NCBI GenBank assembly: GCA_030151765.1
Contig: JASLCW010000020.1
Span: 1 to 55,077 of the forward strand
Source: Marmoricola sp.
Lineage (GTDB): Bacteria > Actinomycetota > Actinomycetes > Propionibacteriales > Nocardioidaceae
Reading direction: 5' to 3'
Length of the DNA: 55,077 bases
The translations under genes and the position numbers were made by a program. Position 1 is the stretch's first letter. Every line of letters starts with the position of its first letter. The notes below the pieces were generated by a model. It saw only the letters and a program-made list of their open reading frames with translations. It ran no database searches and was not told the DNA's origin. Shown here in pieces: positions 38,658-48,036 of the stretch.

Positions 38658-39805
38658 ACGGGCCGGGAGTGGCGATCGTGGGTGCCGCCGAGTGCGACCT
38701 GGGGGTCACCGGCAAGTCTGTCCTGACCCTTCAGGCCCAGGCGGTCACCCGCGCGCTGGCCGATGCCGGGCTCACGCTGGCCGACGTCGACGGCTTCGCA
38801 ACCACGGGGGTCTCCCGGTTCTCGGCAACGCAGCTCGCCGACTACTTCTCGGTCGACGCAGCGTGGACCGACAGCACCTTCGCGGGGGGCTGTGCCTACG
38901 AGATGATGGTGGCCCGGGCGGCACAGGCCATCGAGGCCGGTCAGGCACGGGTGGTGGTGATCAGCTTCGCCTCCAACCAGCGCTCGGCTCGCTCTCGGTC
39001 GTTGGGCGGTGTGGTATTCGAAGGAACCCCTGAGGCACAGTTCGAATCGCCTTACGACCCGCTCCATCCGATCTCCTATTACGCGATGGCCGCCCAAGCC
39101 TATCTTTCACGCTTCGGTGGCAGTCGGGAGAAGCTGGCCGAGATCGCGGTCGCGGCCAGAGAATGGGCGCAGCTCAACCCGAAGGCATTCCGCTACTCCG
39201 CTGGCCCGCTCACTGCGCATGACGTGCTGACGAGCCCGATGATCTCCTCACCGCTGACCGTCGGAGACTGTTGTCTGGTCACCGACGGCGGCGGGGCGGT
39301 CGTGCTCACCAGCCTGGACCGCGCGCGAGACCTCCGCCGCGCACCGGTGCGCGTGCTCGGGTACGGCGAGCGCAGCACGAACACGTCGATGACCGTCGTC
39401 CCCGACCTGACGAAGACAGGTGCCATCGGCAGTGGCGCGGATGCTTTCGCCCGCGCCGGGATCACACCGGCGGATGTCGACGTACTGGAGGTCTACGACT
39501 CGTTCACCATCACTGCCGCGCTGTCGATCGAGGGTCTGGGCTTCTGCGGTCGCGGCGAGGTGCTCGACTTCATCGCCGATGGCCGGATCAGGCCGGGCGG
39601 CGAGTTGCCGCTGAACACCTCCGGCGGTGGGCTGTCCTACTGCCACCCGGGACAATACGGCGTGTTGCTTCTCGTCGAGGCGGTGCGCCAGCTACGTGGT
39701 GAATGCGGCGACCGGCAGGTCCCCGATGCGGAGATCGCGGTGGCTCACGGCACTGGCGGCATCTTCTCCGCACATGCGACCGTGGTGTTGGGGGTGGACC
39801 GATGA
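38654..39805 (+). CDS. SCP2-type thiolase / lipid-transfer-protein-like enzyme
   Basis: AQLNPKA, DCCLVTDGGGA, EVYDSFT, NTSGGGLSYCHPG, HGTGG. Confidence 0.9.
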   Translation: MNGPGVAIVGAAECDLGVTGKSVLTLQAQAVTRALADAGLTLADVDGFATTGVSRFSATQLADYFSVDAAWTDSTFAGGCAYEMMVARAAQAIEAGQARVVVISFASNQRSARSRSLGGVVFEGTPEAQFESPYDPLHPISYYAMAAQAYLSRFGGSREKLAEIAVAAREWAQLNPKAFRYSAGPLTAHDVLTSPMISSPLTVGDCCLVTDGGGAVVLTSLDRARDLRRAPVRVLGYGERSTNTSMTVVPDLTKTGAIGSGADAFARAGITPADVDVLEVYDSFTITAALSIEGLGFCGRGEVLDFIADGRIRPGGELPLNTSGGGLSYCHPGQYGVLLLVEAVRQLRGECGDRQVPDAEIAVAHGTGGIFSAHATVVLGVDR

Positions 39806-40206
39806 ACCCCGACGTCCCGGCGCCGGACGATGTCACCGAGGGCTGGTGGGCGGCGACCCGTGAGCACCGGCTGGTCGTCCAGACGTGCCATGCCTGTGGT
39901 CGCGTCCAGCATCCTCCCCGCGCGGTGTGTGTCGGATGCTCCGCCACCGACCGGCTCGACCTGGTCGAGGCATCAGGCGAGGGGGTCGTCGACACCTGGA
40001 CGGTCGTCCATCGTGCTCCCCGACCCGAGGTCGAGGTGCCCTACACGATCGCCCGGGTACGGCTCGCCGAGGGGCCGGTGCTGCTGACAGTCATCGATGC
40101 GCCCGAGGAACCGACGCTCGAAACGCCGGTACGGGTTGCCTGGTTCGACCTGCCCGACGGGCGCGCGCTTCCGATCTTCCGACCAGTTCCCGAACGAGAG
40201 GCATGA
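39802..40206 (+). CDS. Zn-ribbon/OB-fold protein (DUF35)
   Basis: CHACG...PPRAVCVGC and PYTIARVRLAEGP; coupled to the thiolase. Confidence 0.9.
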   Translation: MNPDVPAPDDVTEGWWAATREHRLVVQTCHACGRVQHPPRAVCVGCSATDRLDLVEASGEGVVDTWTVVHRAPRPEVEVPYTIARVRLAEGPVLLTVIDAPEEPTLETPVRVAWFDLPDGRALPIFRPVPEREA

Positions 40207-40207
40207 G

Positions 40208-41368
40208 ATGGACTTCCGGCTCACCGACGACCAACGCGAGTTCCGCTCCCTGTTGCGCAGTTTCGTCGACAAAGAGATCATCCCCGTTGCGCGTGAGTGG
40301 GAGCAGGCCGGCCGGTATCCCACCGAGATCGTCGAGGGCATGAAGAAGCTGGGCCTCTTCGGCATCACCGTGCCCGAGGAGTACGGCGGTCTCGACCTCG
40401 ACCCGGTGTCCTTCGCGTTGGTCTTCGAGGAGCTCGCCCGCGGTTGGATGGGCATCGCCGGGATTCTCGGCAGCCACTCGCTCTCCTGCCGTCTGATCGC
40501 CATGCACGGCACCGAGGCACAGAAGTCGGCGTACCTGCCCGAACTGGCGACCGGCCAGCGGCGTACCGGCATCGGGCTCACCGAACCGGACGCGGGCACG
40601 GACCTCCAGGGCATCCGCACCGTGGCGCGGCTGGACGGCGACCACTATGCCGTCTCCGGCTCGAAGATGTGGATCACCAACGCCCGCTACGCGGCCCCGC
40701 TGCCGGTGCTGGTCAAGACCGATCCATCGGCCTCGCCGGCGCACAAGGGCATGAGCGTGTTGTTGGTCGACCCCGAGCTCGAGGGCTTCGAGGTGACCAA
40801 GGACATCCCGAAGCTGGGCTACAAAGGCACCGAGTCCTGTGAGATTGTGCTCGACAACGTGCGGGTGCCCCGTGACCAGCTCCTCGGCGGCGTCGAGGGG
40901 CACGGCATGCAGCAGGTACTGTCCGCGCTGGAATGGGGCCGGGTGAATATTGCCGCCCGCTCGGTAGGGATTGCGCAACGTGCCCATGAGGAGGCACTCG
41001 CCTACGCCAGCCAGCGCAAGGCATTCGGTCGCACCATCGGTGACTTCCAGGCGATCCAGCTCAAGTTGGCATCGCTGGCGACGACCCTTCAGGCGGCGCG
41101 GCTGATGGCCTACTGGAGTGCCGACGCGGTGCGCACGGGGCGCGCCGACGGCGAGACCGGGATGGCGAAGATCTTCTGCTCCGAGGTTGCGCTCGAGGCG
41201 GCCATCGACGCGATGAAGGTGCACGGCGGGTATGGATACTCCACCGAGTTCGAGGTCGAGCGGCTCTATCGCGACGCCATCTTGATGAGCATCGGCGAAG
41301 GCACCAACGACGTTCTCCGCACGGTGGTGGCCAAGTCATTGCTTCGGGGAGAGACGGCCGTCGGATGA
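40208..41368 (+). CDS. Acyl-CoA dehydrogenase
   Basis: LTEPDAGTD, KMWITN, KLGYKG, HGGYGY, IGEGTN. Confidence 0.95.
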   Translation: MDFRLTDDQREFRSLLRSFVDKEIIPVAREWEQAGRYPTEIVEGMKKLGLFGITVPEEYGGLDLDPVSFALVFEELARGWMGIAGILGSHSLSCRLIAMHGTEAQKSAYLPELATGQRRTGIGLTEPDAGTDLQGIRTVARLDGDHYAVSGSKMWITNARYAAPLPVLVKTDPSASPAHKGMSVLLVDPELEGFEVTKDIPKLGYKGTESCEIVLDNVRVPRDQLLGGVEGHGMQQVLSALEWGRVNIAARSVGIAQRAHEEALAYASQRKAFGRTIGDFQAIQLKLASLATTLQAARLMAYWSADAVRTGRADGETGMAKIFCSEVALEAAIDAMKVHGGYGYSTEFEVERLYRDAILMSIGEGTNDVLRTVVAKSLLRGETAVG

Positions 41369-42234
41369 GACCCTCCCTCCCTCGGTCGTATCTCTACGTG
41401 CCGGGCAATGCTGCCGACAAGCTGGCCAAGGCCCACGCCCGCGGCCCGGAGGCGATCCTGGTCGATCTTGAGGACGCCGTGCCGCTTGTCGAGAAGGACG
41501 CTGCCCGCAAAGCGGTGGTCGACTGGCTGAGGGCGCAGCCTGACCACGACCAGGTGGAGCTTTGGGTGCGAGTCAATCCGGGCGAGCGCGGCCTTGACGA
41601 CATCCGCGCCCTCGCCGGAATCCCCGCACTCGCCGGCGTTGCCCTGGCGAAGGCCGATGCCGCGACGGTGCGCGTGGTCGTGGCCCTCCTCGACGAGCTG
41701 GGGGACGAGACCATTCGGCTGATGCCGATGGTCGAAACTCCGGCAGCCGTGCTCGATGTCACTGCACTGGCGGGAGAGTCACGGGTCGAGCGGCTTCAGA
41801 TCGGGGAGGTCGATCTCATTGGTGAAGCCGGCATCGTTCCCGGTCCGGACGAGGTCGAGTTGCTAGCGATCCGGACCGCTGTGGTGCTGGCCAGCGCCAT
41901 GGCGGGCATCGCTCCACCGCTCGGGGCGGTCTCCCGGATCACCTCCGACACGGAGGCTCTGAGAGCATCCACAGAGCGCCTTGCCCGACTCGGCTTCGTG
42001 GGACGCGCGTGCATCCACCCGGCGCAGGTGCCGGTGGTCCACGCCGTCTTCACGCCGTCGACCGCCGAGGTCGATGAGGCCAGCGAGACCTTGCGCCTAC
42101 TCGCCGAGGCACAGGCGCAGGGTTCAGGAGTAGCTCTCGACGCCCGCGGTCGACTCGTCGACCCGGCTGTCGTGCACGCCGCACAGCGGGTTTTGGCTCT
42201 CCACGAGAGAGCCAACCGGGCGGAGACATCGTGA
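41365..42234 (+). CDS. CitE/malyl-CoA/citramalyl-CoA lyase family
   Basis: RSYLYVPG, DLEDAV, WVRVN, VETP, GRACIHPAQ. Confidence 0.9.
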   Translation: MRPSLPRSYLYVPGNAADKLAKAHARGPEAILVDLEDAVPLVEKDAARKAVVDWLRAQPDHDQVELWVRVNPGERGLDDIRALAGIPALAGVALAKADAATVRVVVALLDELGDETIRLMPMVETPAAVLDVTALAGESRVERLQIGEVDLIGEAGIVPGPDEVELLAIRTAVVLASAMAGIAPPLGAVSRITSDTEALRASTERLARLGFVGRACIHPAQVPVVHAVFTPSTAEVDEASETLRLLAEAQAQGSGVALDARGRLVDPAVVHAAQRVLALHERANRAETS

Positions 42235-42785
42235 CAGCGCCGAATCGGGTCATGTTGGCCGGCACCCAATCGTGGATCGCCGCCCCGATGCCGGGAGCGA
42301 GCCATCCGCTCGACCTGGTCCGGCTCGCCTCGGCGCCCGGCAGGTTCACGATCCTCGCGCGATTCCCGGCTGGCTTCGCCCGCCTGGAACCCGGCGGATA
42401 TCACGCAACGGAAGAATTCCTGGTCCTCGAGGGTGAGTTGGAGATCGACGACAAGACCTATCGTCGCGGCGATCTGACCGTGGTGCCCTCCGACTATCGC
42501 CGTGGATCGATGCGTGCCCCGGGAGGCTGTCGCGTGCTCGCCTGGTTCGACGGGCGCGCCGACTTCCTCCCCGCAGACGAGCTCGGATCGTGCCGGGAGG
42601 CGGTCGTGTCGGTCAACGTCGACACGGCCGACCAGCTCGTGCGCTCGCCAGTCGCCGTGTGGAGTCACGGCGCGGCGGCGGATTCCTCGACTCTGGAGGT
42701 CGTTTCCGCCGACCTCGGTATCTGGGAACGCGGTAGCGAGCTGGAGCCCGGCCCACGCGACGTGGTCCGGCGGGAGCGGCGGTGA
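42231..42785 (+). CDS. Cupin-like hypothetical protein
   Basis: RFPAGF...GGYHATEEFLVLEGEL...YRRGD; coupled on both sides. Confidence 0.55.
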   Translation: MTAPNRVMLAGTQSWIAAPMPGASHPLDLVRLASAPGRFTILARFPAGFARLEPGGYHATEEFLVLEGELEIDDKTYRRGDLTVVPSDYRRGSMRAPGGCRVLAWFDGRADFLPADELGSCREAVVSVNVDTADQLVRSPVAVWSHGAAADSSTLEVVSADLGIWERGSELEPGPRDVVRRERR

Positions 42786-43540
42786 GTACGACCATGCCTT
42801 TGGTCGCGGATCGCCGGTGGGGTGGAGTCGACGGTCTGTACGGCGGCTATGTCGTCGCGCTCCTCGTCGATGCGGCGGCCGAGGCATCGACGTATCGTCT
42901 GGCCTCGTTCTCGGCGAACTTCGTCGCGAGCGTCACAGGCGACGTTGCGATCGAGCTCGACCGGGTACATGCCGGAAAGTTCACGGAGCTGCTCCGGCTT
43001 GTGCTGCGGCAGGGCGACCGTGCCTGCGTGTACGCGACGGCTGAGCTGCTCCGCACCTCGGCGGAGGACACAGCATCGTCGGAGTGGGTGCGGATGAGCG
43101 AGACCGGGCTGCCGATTGCGGACTCCGGGGATCTCGGCCGTGCGCGCCAGCCGTTCGACGACCTCATCGAACTGCGGCGCGCCGAGCCTCCGGATGTGAC
43201 CACCCGGACCTCGTCATGGGCCCGGCTGCGCTCCACGATCGAGGACTCGGGGTTACGGTCGGCAGAAGCGGTGCTGGCAGCGCTCCTGGACACGCCGACG
43301 CCGGGCCTCTTCGGAGCGGCGGAGCCACCGGACTTCGTGCCGACCATTGATTTCGCCGTGCATTTCGCCCCGCTCACCGAGTGGGTGCCGACTGACTGGG
43401 CCCGGCTTGACCACGCCACCAGTTGGGTGACCCCGCACCACTGCGCCGACGAGGTCACTGCATGGAGTGCCGACGGGCGCTTGCTCGGTGCGGTCCGGCA
43501 GACCCGCAGTGTGCGCTATGGATCCATGAAGAAGGGGTGA
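42782..43540 (+). CDS. Acyl-CoA thioesterase (double hotdog)
   Basis: GLYGGY, ALLD...PTIDFAVHF, WSADGRLLG. Confidence 0.8.
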   Translation: MSTTMPLVADRRWGGVDGLYGGYVVALLVDAAAEASTYRLASFSANFVASVTGDVAIELDRVHAGKFTELLRLVLRQGDRACVYATAELLRTSAEDTASSEWVRMSETGLPIADSGDLGRARQPFDDLIELRRAEPPDVTTRTSSWARLRSTIEDSGLRSAEAVLAALLDTPTPGLFGAAEPPDFVPTIDFAVHFAPLTEWVPTDWARLDHATSWVTPHHCADEVTAWSADGRLLGAVRQTRSVRYGSMKKG

Positions 43541-43543
43541 GCC

Positions 43544-44371
43544 GTGACCGGGAAGGCCGCGGTGCGTCGCGACTATGTCGACGTCGCCTATGGCCAGGTG
43601 CACGTGCGCATGGCGGGGATGGAGAAGACCGGCCAGCCGCCGGTCGTGTGTCTGCACATGAGTCCTGCCTCCGGTGTGGTGTTCGAGGCGCTGGCGACTC
43701 GGCTGGGGACGACGCGTGCGGTGGTGCTCCCCGACACCCCGGGCTTCGGTGCCTCCGACGCCCTGCCGCCTTACCCGACGATCACTGACTACGCCGACGT
43801 TGTCGCGGAAGTGATCGGCCAGCTGGGTCTGCCCGCTCCGGTGGATCTGCTCGGCTACCACACCGGGGCGCTGACATCGGTCGAACTGGCCCGTCGCCGC
43901 CCGACGCTCGTACGGCGGGTCGTCGCGATCTCCATGCCGGTGTTCACCGCCGAGGATCTGGTGCGCCTGCGGCGTACCTATGGTCCGCAACCGATCTTCA
44001 CTGCCGACGGCGAACGACTCTTGGAGAAGTGGCGGTGGTTCGTGCGCTTCTTCGATGTAGGCGGAGCGAACACCGTGGAGCAGGCGGCGCGGATCTTCTA
44101 CGCCCGGCTGTCGGGAGGCGAACGGCACTGGTGGGGACACCGCGCCGCCTTCGAGTACGACATCGCGCCGGCGCTGGCCGCCGTCCATCACCCGATCCTG
44201 GTGCTGAATCCGGCCGACGACCTGACCGAGCAGACCCGTCGTGCGGTGCCGCTGCTCCGGAACGGCCGAGTCCGGGAGATGCCGCAGTGGACGCACGGAT
44301 TCCTGGACAACGACGCCGCCGAGGCGGCAGAGATAGTAGCGGGGTTCCTCGACGATGGGGGAAGCACATGA
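43544..44371 (+). CDS. Alpha/beta hydrolase-fold protein with GYHTG elbow
   Basis: RDYVDVAYGQVH, LHMSPASG, PDTPGFGASD, LGYHTGAL, WTHG. Confidence 0.85.
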   Translation: MTGKAAVRRDYVDVAYGQVHVRMAGMEKTGQPPVVCLHMSPASGVVFEALATRLGTTRAVVLPDTPGFGASDALPPYPTITDYADVVAEVIGQLGLPAPVDLLGYHTGALTSVELARRRPTLVRRVVAISMPVFTAEDLVRLRRTYGPQPIFTADGERLLEKWRWFVRFFDVGGANTVEQAARIFYARLSGGERHWWGHRAAFEYDIAPALAAVHHPILVLNPADDLTEQTRRAVPLLRNGRVREMPQWTHGFLDNDAAEAAEIVAGFLDDGGST

Positions 44372-45207
44372 ACCAGCGGGCACGGAGAGTCGCGATGGTC
44401 AACTCCGACGGGAAGAACGCGCCCGTCGCCGCTGATCCACCAGGTGTGGAGACAACCCTGCACGAGCTGCGTTTCCGGGTGCTTGCTCGTACGCCGTACG
44501 AGCACATGTTCACCGAGCTGGGCACACTCGATGCGGCCGAACGAGCGTTGGCGGCGGGTTGCGACGCCGTGTACGTAGACACCTTCGGCGACTATGCAGT
44601 AGAGCGGATTCGGGCGTTGACGTCGGTCCCGGTCGTCGGTGCGGGCGAGGCCAGCATCCGGAGCGCTGCGAGGCACCACGCGTCGTACTCGATCGTGACG
44701 GTGTGGCCGCATTCCATGCGCTATCTCTACGACGAACGGCTGGCAGCCACTCCCGGCGGCGAGCGCTGCCGAGGCGTGCATCACCTGTCGGACGACGACG
44801 AGTTGGAGCGATTGGGGCGACGCGACGGGGTGAAGGCGCGGATGAACCGTCACGAGGGCGACCTGGTCGAGGATCTGGTCGCCCTGTGCCGCAGTGCCGT
44901 GACCGTGGACGGCTCCGAGGCCGTGCTGCTCGGCTGTACCTGCATGTCGCCGGTGGCCGAATTGATTCGCGCGCGGATGGAGGTGCCGGTCCTGGACCCG
45001 TCGATGATCGGGCTTGAGGCCGCGCACCGGGCGGCGCTGACCACCTCTCCGGCACGCTCAGCATCCGCAGACGTCCGGCAAGCCGGCCTGGCGGTGGAGG
45101 TGGTCGAGGGGTACCTGCGGGCGCAGGAGAAGGACACCGTATGGGTCGACGACTGCGAGGTGTGTGCGATCACCGGGGTAACGACTACCAAGGAGGAACA
45201 GAAATGA
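44368..45207 (+). CDS. Asp/Glu/hydantoin racemase-family protein
   Basis: DAVYVDTFGD, VPVVGAGEAS, EAVLLGCTCM, VPVLDP. Confidence 0.75.
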   Translation: MNQRARRVAMVNSDGKNAPVAADPPGVETTLHELRFRVLARTPYEHMFTELGTLDAAERALAAGCDAVYVDTFGDYAVERIRALTSVPVVGAGEASIRSAARHHASYSIVTVWPHSMRYLYDERLAATPGGERCRGVHHLSDDDELERLGRRDGVKARMNRHEGDLVEDLVALCRSAVTVDGSEAVLLGCTCMSPVAELIRARMEVPVLDPSMIGLEAAHRAALTTSPARSASADVRQAGLAVEVVEGYLRAQEKDTVWVDDCEVCAITGVTTTKEEQK

Positions 45208-45806
45208 GTGTCACCAAGGACGGCACGGCGCTGCTGGTTGTCGATATGCAGAACGGCTTTCTGGACGAGTCGGGTTCGATGGCTCGGATCGGGATGCCCT
45301 ACGAGGCGCTGGTGCCGGCGATCGGCGGTTGCGAACGGCTGGTGGACGCTGCGCGCAGGGCCGGGGTTCCGGTCATCTTCACACGCTACGTCTACCAGCC
45401 CGGCTACGCCGACGGTGGCCTGTTGCCCACGGAGAAGGTGCCCCAGATGATGGAGGCGCAGTCGTTGGTCGTCGGCACCTGGGACGCCGAGATCGTGGGC
45501 TCCCTCACGCCTGCGTCGGGGGAGGTCGTGATCGACAAGTCACGTCCGAGCTCGTTCTACGGGACCCAGCTCGAGCCGGTACTCACCAGCCAGGGCATCC
45601 GGTCGCTGGTGATCTGTGGCGTGACCACGAACATCTGCGTTGAGACCACGGCCCGCGACGCTGGTCAGCGTGACTACCGCGTCCACGTCGTGAGCGACGC
45701 GGTTGCCGAGTACGACCAGACCCGGCACGAGGTGGCCCTGGGCACGATCGGCTTCGCCTTCGGATGGCTGAGCACGACCGACGAGGTGATCGCATCGTGG
45801 TCATGA
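45204..45806 (+). CDS. Isochorismatase-family cysteine hydrolase (RutB-like)
   Basis: ALLVVDMQNGF, DKSRPSSF, GVTTNICVETTARD (Asp-Lys-Cys triad); AAGGAGG RBS. Confidence 0.92.
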   Translation: MSVTKDGTALLVVDMQNGFLDESGSMARIGMPYEALVPAIGGCERLVDAARRAGVPVIFTRYVYQPGYADGGLLPTEKVPQMMEAQSLVVGTWDAEIVGSLTPASGEVVIDKSRPSSFYGTQLEPVLTSQGIRSLVICGVTTNICVETTARDAGQRDYRVHVVSDAVAEYDQTRHEVALGTIGFAFGWLSTTDEVIASWS

Positions 45807-46975
45807 CCGCACCGTCGCTGCCGTTGGTCGAATCCGAGGAGACTGCCGCGCTACGCCGGACGGTCCGCAGGATCGGCGCGCGTTACGGACACGAGTACTT
45901 CGTCAATACGTCACGGACTGGCGGAAATCCGACCGAACTGTGGTCCGACCTCGGCGCTGCCGGGTTGCTGGGCGTCAACGTCCCCGAAGAGTACGAGGGC
46001 GGCGGCTCGGGGATGAGCGACCTGGCCCTGGTGACCGAGGAGCTTGCCTCCGTGGGCATTCCGCTGATGCTCCTGGCGCTGTCGCCAGCGGTGTGTGCAA
46101 CGATTCTGGGCCGCCATGGTTCGGAGGAGCAGAAGCGGGAGTGGCTTCCCGGCCTGGCATCCGGAGATCGGGTGATGGCCTTTGCCATCACTGAGCCCGA
46201 CGCCGGTTCCAACACCCACCGCATTCGTACGACGGCCACACTCAAGGGCAACCAGTGGTGTTTGAACGGTGGCAAGTACTACGTGTCGCACGTCGACAAC
46301 GCCCAGGGCATCCTGGTGGTGGCCCGGACCGGGGAACCGGACGGCGCCGGCCGGGGAGACCTGTCGCTGTTCGTGGTCAACAGCGACCTTCCGGGTATCA
46401 CCGCCGAGCCGATCCCCGTCGAGCTGCTGTCGCCGGATCGGCAGTTCGTGCTGACATTCGACGATGTGCGCATTCCGGCAGACGCTGTCGTCGGACAGGT
46501 GGGACACGGCTTGGCTGCGCTGTTCAGCGGGTTGAATCCCGAGCGCATCGGCAGCGCTGCTCTCCTCAACGGCATCTCCCGCTATGCCCTCGAGAAGGGC
46601 ACGGCGTACGCCGGGGAGCGTGAGGTCTGGGGAGTCCCGATCGGGGCGCACCAGGCTGTGGCACACCCGCTGGCCCGCGCTCACGTCGAGGTCACGGCCG
46701 CGCGGCTGCTGACGGCCCGTGCGGCGGCTATGTACGACGCCGGTCTGCCGGAAGCAGGGGGAGCGGCCAGCATGGCCAAGTACGCCGCGGCCGAGGCCGC
46801 CTCGCACGCACTCGACGCGGCCATCCAGGCCCACGGCGGCAACGGGATGGCTACCGAGTACGGACTGGCAACGCTGAGCGGTCTGGTCAGACTCTTCCGG
46901 ATCGCGCCGGTCAGTAGCGAGATGGTCCTCAATCACATCGCCCAGCACGAGCTGGGCCTGCCGAAGTCGTACTGA
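45803..46975 (+). CDS. Acyl-CoA dehydrogenase family
   Basis: FAITEPDAGSN, GLNPERI, PIGAHQ, HGGNG, RIAPVS. Confidence 0.93.
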   Translation: MTAPSLPLVESEETAALRRTVRRIGARYGHEYFVNTSRTGGNPTELWSDLGAAGLLGVNVPEEYEGGGSGMSDLALVTEELASVGIPLMLLALSPAVCATILGRHGSEEQKREWLPGLASGDRVMAFAITEPDAGSNTHRIRTTATLKGNQWCLNGGKYYVSHVDNAQGILVVARTGEPDGAGRGDLSLFVVNSDLPGITAEPIPVELLSPDRQFVLTFDDVRIPADAVVGQVGHGLAALFSGLNPERIGSAALLNGISRYALEKGTAYAGEREVWGVPIGAHQAVAHPLARAHVEVTAARLLTARAAAMYDAGLPEAGGAASMAKYAAAEAASHALDAAIQAHGGNGMATEYGLATLSGLVRLFRIAPVSSEMVLNHIAQHELGLPKSY

Positions 46976-47670
46976 TGACGGGCGAGCCGACCGTGATCGT
47001 GGAGGACCTGGAGGGGGTCCGCCGGGTGACCTTGTGTCGACCGCCCGTCAACGCGCTGACGCTGGTCGAGTACGACGCGCTCGCCGCCGCGTTCACATTG
47101 CCATCGACACGGATCGGGTCGCCGCGCGCCGTGCTTCTCAGGGCAACGGGTGCGACATGGTGTGCAGGTCAGGACCTAGGGGAGTTCAGCGCACAGGCCG
47201 GGCCCGGGGAGCGCGCGGCATATCTGCTCCAGGCCACGCAGGGCGTGGCGGCGGCGGCCCGGTGCCCGGTGCCCATCGTTACCGTGCTCGACGGTCCGGC
47301 AATCGGCGCCGGGGCTCTGTTGGTGGCTTGCTCGGACGTCGTGCTGTCCACCGAGAGAGGCAGCCTCGCCTTCCCGGAGTTACGGCTCGGCCTGCGGCTC
47401 GGCCGCTCCCTGCTCTCCGGCCTTCTGCCTGAGCCTGTCATCACCCACGCATTCGTAACTGGTCTGGCCGTCGGGGCCGAGCGATTGCACCAGATGGGCG
47501 CCGTGGCCGAGATCGTACCGATCGCTGACCTGGACGCGCGTGCCGAAGAAGTGGTGGCAGACCTGCTCTCGCTCAGTGACGGCAGCCTGCGCTGGCTGTG
47601 CCGCCGCGATGGGACCCGGGCCGAGGCCTATCTCGACGAGGTTGCACTAGTTGCCGAATACCTTGGCTGA
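46975..47670 (+). CDS. Enoyl-CoA hydratase/isomerase family
   Basis: RPPVNAL, WCAGQDL, GPAIGAG, FPE. Confidence 0.8.
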   Translation: MTGEPTVIVEDLEGVRRVTLCRPPVNALTLVEYDALAAAFTLPSTRIGSPRAVLLRATGATWCAGQDLGEFSAQAGPGERAAYLLQATQGVAAAARCPVPIVTVLDGPAIGAGALLVACSDVVLSTERGSLAFPELRLGLRLGRSLLSGLLPEPVITHAFVTGLAVGAERLHQMGAVAEIVPIADLDARAEEVVADLLSLSDGSLRWLCRRDGTRAEAYLDEVALVAEYLG

Positions 47671-47703
47671 CGAGGTCATGATGCGGGCTGTCGGATCTGG
47701 CCT

Positions 47704-48006
47704 TCAGAGGCATTTCTGTACTTCGGCCACCTTCGCCGCGGCGGTAAGCATGGGGCCGGGCTTCCGGAAGTCGTGCACCTTGACGATCGTGTAGACGTTG
47801 TCCAGGCCCACGTCGAAGAGAAGTTCGTGCATCTCGGCGATCCGCGCCCAGACCGCTCCGGTCTCCCCTTCGAGTGTGGTGCCCATACCGCCCACTTCCA
47901 TGGTCACGTCGGGGTCGTCCCCGTAGCGGCGGAGCATCTCGGCCAGGAAGGTGGCGGCGGATACCGAGCGATCGAGCCCGATCAGTGCGACATCGGCGAT
48001 GGCCAT
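47704..48006 (-). CDS. Thiamine-binding-type protein (MTH1187/YkoF/DUF77-like)
   Basis: 100 aa; SVS, VGGMGTTLEGE, VYTIVKVHD pattern; GGAGG RBS; last gene of the tenA operon. Confidence 0.7.
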   Translation of the reverse strand: MAIADVALIGLDRSVSAATFLAEMLRRYGDDPDVTMEVGGMGTTLEGETGAVWARIAEMHELLFDVGLDNVYTIVKVHDFRKPGPMLTAAAKVAEVQKCL

Positions 48007-48036
48007 GCGGAAACCTCCAGTGGTTGATGGGGTGTG

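Noticed and set aside
27429..47670. Secondary-metabolite biosynthetic cluster
   Set aside because: No ACP, KS or NRPS domains; the importers and CoA enzymes point to catabolism.
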